Source: Candidatus Nanopusillus acidilobi (GTDB lineage: Archaea > Nanobdellota > Nanobdellia > Nanobdellales > Nanobdellaceae). From it: a stretch of DNA of 32,000 bases. Under the pieces are notes generated by a model. It was not told the origin of the DNA. It did not search any database and was given only the letters and a program-made list of their open reading frames with translations. How positions within the stretch are numbered: the first letter of the stretch is position 1; every line of letters begins with the position of its first letter. A program made the position numbers and the translations under genes. Location of the stretch: contig CP010514.1 in assembly GCA_001552015.1 (NCBI GenBank), forward strand, positions 300,001-332,000. Reading direction: 5' to 3'. Positions 27,992 through 32,000 of the stretch are shown here, piece by piece.

Positions 27992-28122
27992 CCCACAACA
28001 ATGTTTTCTCTGGCCATTTTCTTTCTTAGATTTCTTATTGCTTTTGTATTACTTCCCAAATTTTTTCTTCTTGCATTGCTTCTCAATTTTATTAATTCCA
28101 ACAAAGTGTTCTGATCCACCAT
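27988..28122 (-). CDS. rpl29: Ribosomal protein L29-like, N-terminally short (44 codons)
   Basis: LLELIKLRSNARRKNLGSNTKAIRNLRKKMARENIV aligns with the second half of L29 (ELxKLR...NPxRIRxLRRxIAR); gene order L29-SUI1-Rpp29 supports the call. Preferred ATG is at 28122, not the track start at 28203. Confidence 0.65.
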   Translation of the reverse strand: MVDQNTLLELIKLRSNARRKNLGSNTKAIRNLRKKMARENIVVG

Positions 28123-28150
28123 TATAATATAATGATTCTCAATATAATAT

Positions 28151-29347
28151 TTAAATTTTATATTCAATATCTTCAGGCCTCCAATATGGATTAATTCCAT
28201 CAATTATATTCATATCTTTTTTATACCATAAAATTCCAGTCCATGCAATCATTGCACCATTATCATTTCCTAAATCTAAGGGAACAGTCCCAAATTTCAC
28301 ATTTCTTTCATTACACATTAAATATAAAATTTCTTGTAACCTCTTATTTACTGCAACTCCACCAGTTAATCCAAATTCTTTCTTATCCAATAAAGATAAT
28401 CCCCTTTCAGATATTTCTGCTAACATTGAAAATACGTATTCTTGAATAGAATATGCTAAATCATCTATATTAATATTTTCCCTTTTTATTATATTTCTTA
28501 TATACGTATATATCCCTCCCAATTGTATATCCATTCCTTTAACAGAATATGGTAATTTTATTAGATTTTTTCCATTTTTTGATAATTCTTCAATTTTTGG
28601 ACCAGCAGGAAATCCAATATTTAATAATCTACCAACTTTATCTAAAAAGTTTCCCACACCCATATCTAAAGTCTCTCCAATGATTCTATATTTATTTCCT
28701 TCAAATGATAATAGCATTGTATTTGCTCCTGAAACCAATAAAATTAAAGGATCAGTAAATTTGTTATATAATTTAACTATTTCAGCATGTGCTATTAAAT
28801 GATTTACTCCAATTAAATTTGAATTAAATATCTTAGAAAATAATTTACCACTAAAATATCCTTGAACTAATGTTGGATATAAACCAGGTCCTGCAGAATA
28901 TGAAATTAAATTTATTTTTCTTTCAAAATCATTTAAATTATTTATATATGAATTTAAATTATTTTCTAATTCTTTATTATCAGAAACTATTTTATTATTT
29001 TCAATCCATATTCTATTATTATTATATATTATATACCTTCTTCTATTCCATGGTTCATCAGAAAATATTTCTTCAGATCCTTCTAACTTATTTTTTATTT
29101 CATATAATGCATCTACAATATAAAATTTACCATCTAATTTCTTAAAAATAAATCCAGCCTTCCATACAGAATTTCTTAAAATATTAATACTTTCCTTTGA
29201 ATGTAATTCTGCAGCTTCTCTTGGATGTATTCCTCGTTTTTCACTTTTATATATTATTCTCTCATTAGAATATATATTTCCATTCTCATCAACAATTCCA
29301 ATTGAATAAGTATGAGCAGTAGATTCTATTCCTAGAGAAATTATCAT
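28151..29347 (-). CDS. kae1: tRNA N6-threonylcarbamoyladenosine synthesis protein Kae1 (TsaD), with insertion
   Basis: LGIESTAHTYSIGIVDENG, EKRGIHPREAAELHS, SAGPGLYPTL, VNHLIAHAEI (HxxxH), GETLDMGVGNFLDKVGR, YSVKGMDIQLGG, TGGVAVNKRL, DNGAMIAWTG. Confidence 0.94.
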   Translation of the reverse strand: MIISLGIESTAHTYSIGIVDENGNIYSNERIIYKSEKRGIHPREAAELHSKESINILRNSVWKAGFIFKKLDGKFYIVDALYEIKNKLEGSEEIFSDEPWNRRRYIIYNNNRIWIENNKIVSDNKELENNLNSYINNLNDFERKINLISYSAGPGLYPTLVQGYFSGKLFSKIFNSNLIGVNHLIAHAEIVKLYNKFTDPLILLVSGANTMLLSFEGNKYRIIGETLDMGVGNFLDKVGRLLNIGFPAGPKIEELSKNGKNLIKLPYSVKGMDIQLGGIYTYIRNIIKRENINIDDLAYSIQEYVFSMLAEISERGLSLLDKKEFGLTGGVAVNKRLQEILYLMCNERNVKFGTVPLDLGNDNGAMIAWTGILWYKKDMNIIDGINPYWRPEDIEYKI

Positions 29348-29733
29348 TGAGATTTTTGAGATTTAAATTCTTCATATATTTGATTAAAATCTTTATTTCC
29401 ATATTCTTCTATTTTAGTATTTATTTGTACAATTTCTTGAGATATTGTATTTCCTCTAACCAATTTTTTAACTCTTACCTTTTTATTTTCATCATACCAT
29501 ACATATTTTTTATTCATTCCTTCAACATAATTTACCATTGGAGCACCTTCAAATCCAGAACCACCAGTTATCCTTAATTTATATCCATCTAAATTAATTA
29601 TTGATCCATCAATTATATCTCCAATTTTCTTACCTACTAAAGATTCATCTTTTGTTTGTACTTGAATAGACTTTCCAGTCTTTGGATCCGATACTACAAC
29701 TTTAAATATAATTTCCTTTCTCTTGTTTGCCAT
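29344..29733 (-). CDS. rps6e: 30S ribosomal protein S6e
   Basis: FKVVVSDPKTGKSIQVQTKDE...LVGKKIGDIIDGSIINLDGYKLRITGGSGFEGAPM...VRVKKLVRGNTISQEIVQIN. Confidence 0.93.
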   Translation of the reverse strand: MANKRKEIIFKVVVSDPKTGKSIQVQTKDESLVGKKIGDIIDGSIINLDGYKLRITGGSGFEGAPMVNYVEGMNKKYVWYDENKKVRVKKLVRGNTISQEIVQINTKIEEYGNKDFNQIYEEFKSQKSQ

Positions 29734-29776
29734 TTTATATCAATTAAGGAAAATATTTTTATTCTTTAATGAAAAA

Positions 29777-29789
29777 TTTTTATATAATA
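29777..29789 (+). promoter_or_regulatory. Putative TATA box for the pyrophosphatase-like gene
   Basis: TTTTTATATAATA centred about 25 nt upstream of ATG 29807. Confidence 0.45.
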
Positions 29790-29806
29790 AATACTCTAAA
29801 TTTATT

Positions 29807-30280
29807 ATGAAGGAGCTATTACATATTGAACAAAATGATGAATTTCCAAATTTTTTTAATGGAATAATATTAAATTTACCAGATACAAATGCAATAAATG
29901 TAATAGATTTTGATTTGAATATAAATACTTATACAAATTTAAAAGTATCATATCCTTTCTATTTTGGATTTATTCCTAGCACTTTTATTGATAATTATCC
30001 ATTATTTTTCTCTTTTTTCTCAGACAAAAAATTTAATATATTTAATTTATTAAAATTAGAACCTCTATACTTTTTTAAAGTTCCAAAAGATATTACAATA
30101 AACATAGTTTATTCAAAATTACCTGATCAAAGTATAAATATAGATAAGAATAGTATTGAAAATATATTAAAGGATTTCTTTGAAGTAGATACTATACCTT
30201 CATTATCAAAACCAATCCATATTTTAGAAAGTACAAACAGAGAATATAAAAGAAAATTTAGTAAAATTAAAAAATTATAA
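29807..30280 (+). CDS. Divergent, probably catalytically degenerate soluble inorganic pyrophosphatase-like protein
   Basis: VSYPFYFGFIPSTFIDNYPLFFSFF aligns with family I PPase YPGNYGFIPxTLxxDGDPLDVLVL; the C-terminal part IENILKDFFEVDTIPSLSKPIHI fits the PPase ending. Preferred start ATG 29807 (157 aa). Confidence 0.5.
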   Translation: MKELLHIEQNDEFPNFFNGIILNLPDTNAINVIDFDLNINTYTNLKVSYPFYFGFIPSTFIDNYPLFFSFFSDKKFNIFNLLKLEPLYFFKVPKDITINIVYSKLPDQSINIDKNSIENILKDFFEVDTIPSLSKPIHILESTNREYKRKFSKIKKL

Positions 30281-32000
30281 TCCCCAAGCAGGGTTTTCTT
30301 TTCTTATTATATTTGCTATTTCTTTTAATATTTCCTTTTGCTCATCATTTAAAATATCTTTATTTTCCTTAAATTTCCTATAATCATTTTCAGATATAAA
30401 AGTATATAATATATCATCTTCAAATATGTTTCTTCCAACTACTGCATCATCTATAGATATGGCAACTTTATCATTTTTTATAGCTACATCTATATTCTTC
30501 TTTTCTTTTTGTATTGTCAAAATTCTTCCAATTATTTTTCCATCTAAATTAATTAAATATACATCTTTTCTTATTTCTCCTCCTAAAACTTCAATTCCAA
30601 CAATTGCAGGATTTGATCTTCTAAATATATTTCCCTTTAATATTTTTATCTTTCCTATTGGTGGTAATTCTCTTAATATTTTTTCTTTATTATATTTTAT
30701 ATCATTAATATATTTCTCAATTTTTTCAATCAAATCATATATAACACTTGATATTATTAAATTTATATTTGAAGATTTTACATATTCTTCATCATTCTTA
30801 TTTATTCCAATATTAAATCCAACTATAACAGAATATTGAGGATATTTTTCTTTCATAGATAATGCAATATTTACATCTTCTTTATTTATATCCCCTATAT
30901 CAGCTTTTTTTATTGGTATATTTCTATCTCTTAACATTTTTATTAATACTTCCAGTGATCCTAAAGTATCTGCTTTAACAATAATACCTTCCTTATCAGT
31001 TTGAAATATTATGTTTTCAATATCTTTTTTCAATTTTTCTTCTATTTCCTTTAATTCTTTTTCATCATTATATACATAGATTGTAGAACCTGGTAATGCA
31101 TTATCTAATCCATCTGCTGATATTCTTATCCCACATGCAGCATATGCAACATCTATTTCTTTAAATTTACTTCTACTAGTGAATCTAATATCTGTCAAAG
31201 GTGCTGGTTTTAATATTAATTTTACTTTTGCTGTTTTAATACCATCTCTTGATAAAAAAACAATTTTATCACCTTTCCTTATTTTACCATCATATAATAT
31301 TATATCTATTACACTACCTAAACCCTTTTCTTCTTTTACTTCTAAAATTACACCAACACCATTTCCTTCAACATTTATTTTTAATTTTTCTTCTAAATAT
31401 CTTTGAGAAAGTCCTGCAATTAATAATAATAAATCAGGAATACCTTCTCCAGTTTTTGAAGAAATTGGAACAATTGCAACTTGTCTTCTAAAATCCTTTA
31501 CTCTATCATATCTATCAGAATCAAATCCTAATTCATATAATTTAGTTACAATATTATATGTATATTCTTCTAATTTGTTTATTACTTTTTGATCTTGATA
31601 TTTTATACTTTCTAAAAATGGTTTATTTTCATAAGGTTTCCATCCATCTATTTTATCTATCTTATTTAATGCAATTAAAAATGGTACTTTTAATTGTTTA
31701 CATATTTCTATTGCTTCATATGTTTGCTTTTGAAACCCATCCAATATATCTACTACAATAATTGCTAAATCTGAAACAGATCCACCCCTTTTTCTTAAAT
31801 TACTAAATACTTCATGACCAGGAGTATCAATAAATAACAAAGAAGGAATTTTTAGATCAAATTTAAACATATTTAATAATGGTTTTGATATTTCCTTAAT
31901 TACATCAATCGATACTTCAGTAGCTCCAATATGCTGAGTCATTTCACCAGCTTCTTTTTTTGTATAAGATGTATTTCTAATCTTATCTAATAGAGAAGTT
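30275..32000 (-). CDS. infB: Translation initiation factor aIF5B (IF-2-like), 5' end beyond the window
   Basis: Reading past the ORF-track Met at 31942 gives TSLLDKIRNTSYTKKEAGEMTQHIGATEV, continuous to base 32000; then FIDTPGHEVFSNLRKRGGSVSDLAIIVVD, ALNKIDKIDGW. The gene is therefore truncated by the window edge. Confidence 0.96.
   Translation of the reverse strand, partial: TSLLDKIRNTSYTKKEAGEMTQHIGATEVSIDVIKEISKPLLNMFKFDLKIPSLLFIDTPGHEVFSNLRKRGGSVSDLAIIVVDILDGFQKQTYEAIEICKQLKVPFLIALNKIDKIDGWKPYENKPFLESIKYQDQKVINKLEEYTYNIVTKLYELGFDSDRYDRVKDFRRQVAIVPISSKTGEGIPDLLLLIAGLSQRYLEEKLKINVEGNGVGVILEVKEEKGLGSVIDIILYDGKIRKGDKIVFLSRDGIKTAKVKLILKPAPLTDIRFTSRSKFKEIDVAYAACGIRISADGLDNALPGSTIYVYNDEKELKEIEEKLKKDIENIIFQTDKEGIIVKADTLGSLEVLIKMLRDRNIPIKKADIGDINKEDVNIALSMKEKYPQYSVIVGFNIGINKNDEEYVKSSNINLIISSVIYDLIEKIEKYINDIKYNKEKILRELPPIGKIKILKGNIFRRSNPAIVGIEVLGGEIRKDVYLINLDGKIIGRILTIQKEKKNIDVAIKNDKVAISIDDAVVGRNIFEDDILYTFISENDYRKFKENKDILNDEQKEILKEIANIIRKENPAWGL

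Noticed and set aside
28123-28203. Upstream extension of the L29-like ORF.
   Set aside because: Overlaps the kae1 3' end and does not resemble an L29 N-terminus.
28922-29146. Intein in Kae1.
   Set aside because: No Cys/Ser start and His-Asn/Cys end splice motifs and too short; an ordinary domain insertion is more likely.
31942-32000. Start of aIF5B as an N-terminally truncated or split gene.
   Set aside because: The reading frame stays open to base 32000 with family-like sequence (TSLLDKIR...), so the apparent truncation is only the window edge.
1-32000. CRISPR arrays, transposons, toxin-antitoxin or other defence cassettes, and split tRNA halves.
   Set aside because: No regular repeats, transposase/integrase motifs or isolated GC-rich half-tRNA segments were seen on either strand; the only GC-rich structured RNAs are the two complete tRNAs.

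Overview
This 32 kb window comes from a very AT-rich, gene-dense archaeal genome. The gene content (topoisomerase VI A/B, PDCD5, TFS, S6e, SUI1, Rpp29, Kae1, aIF5B, archaeal Sec11-type signal peptidase, type IV pilin-like protein, UPF0282, AGOG) is archaeal. The compactness and scattered operons suggest a DPANN or Nanoarchaeota-like organism; that placement is inference. I support about 34 protein genes and two tRNA genes: tRNA-Tyr(GUA) with a 20-nt bulge-helix-bulge intron, and tRNA-Asn(GUU). I found no CRISPR array, transposon, prophage or obvious defence cassette. The most interesting signals are: (1) all 8 convergent gene junctions overlap or abut with no spacer; (2) divergent leaderless-type promoters sit in 28-73 bp gaps, with TATA-like boxes overlapping the opposite gene's start codon or apparently shared; (3) a soluble pyrophosphatase-like protein seems to have lost its catalytic Asp cluster; (4) Kae1 carries a roughly 70-aa insertion; (5) an L29-like protein of only 44 codons lies in a relic L29-SUI1-Rpp29 ribosomal cluster; (6) an RNase P protein gene is present, unlike Nanoarchaeum equitans; (7) scattered single genes could together form a sugar/pyruvate-to-acetate route; (8) ThiI has a minimal C-terminal rhodanese-like segment. 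All identifications are by motif recognition without database searches.
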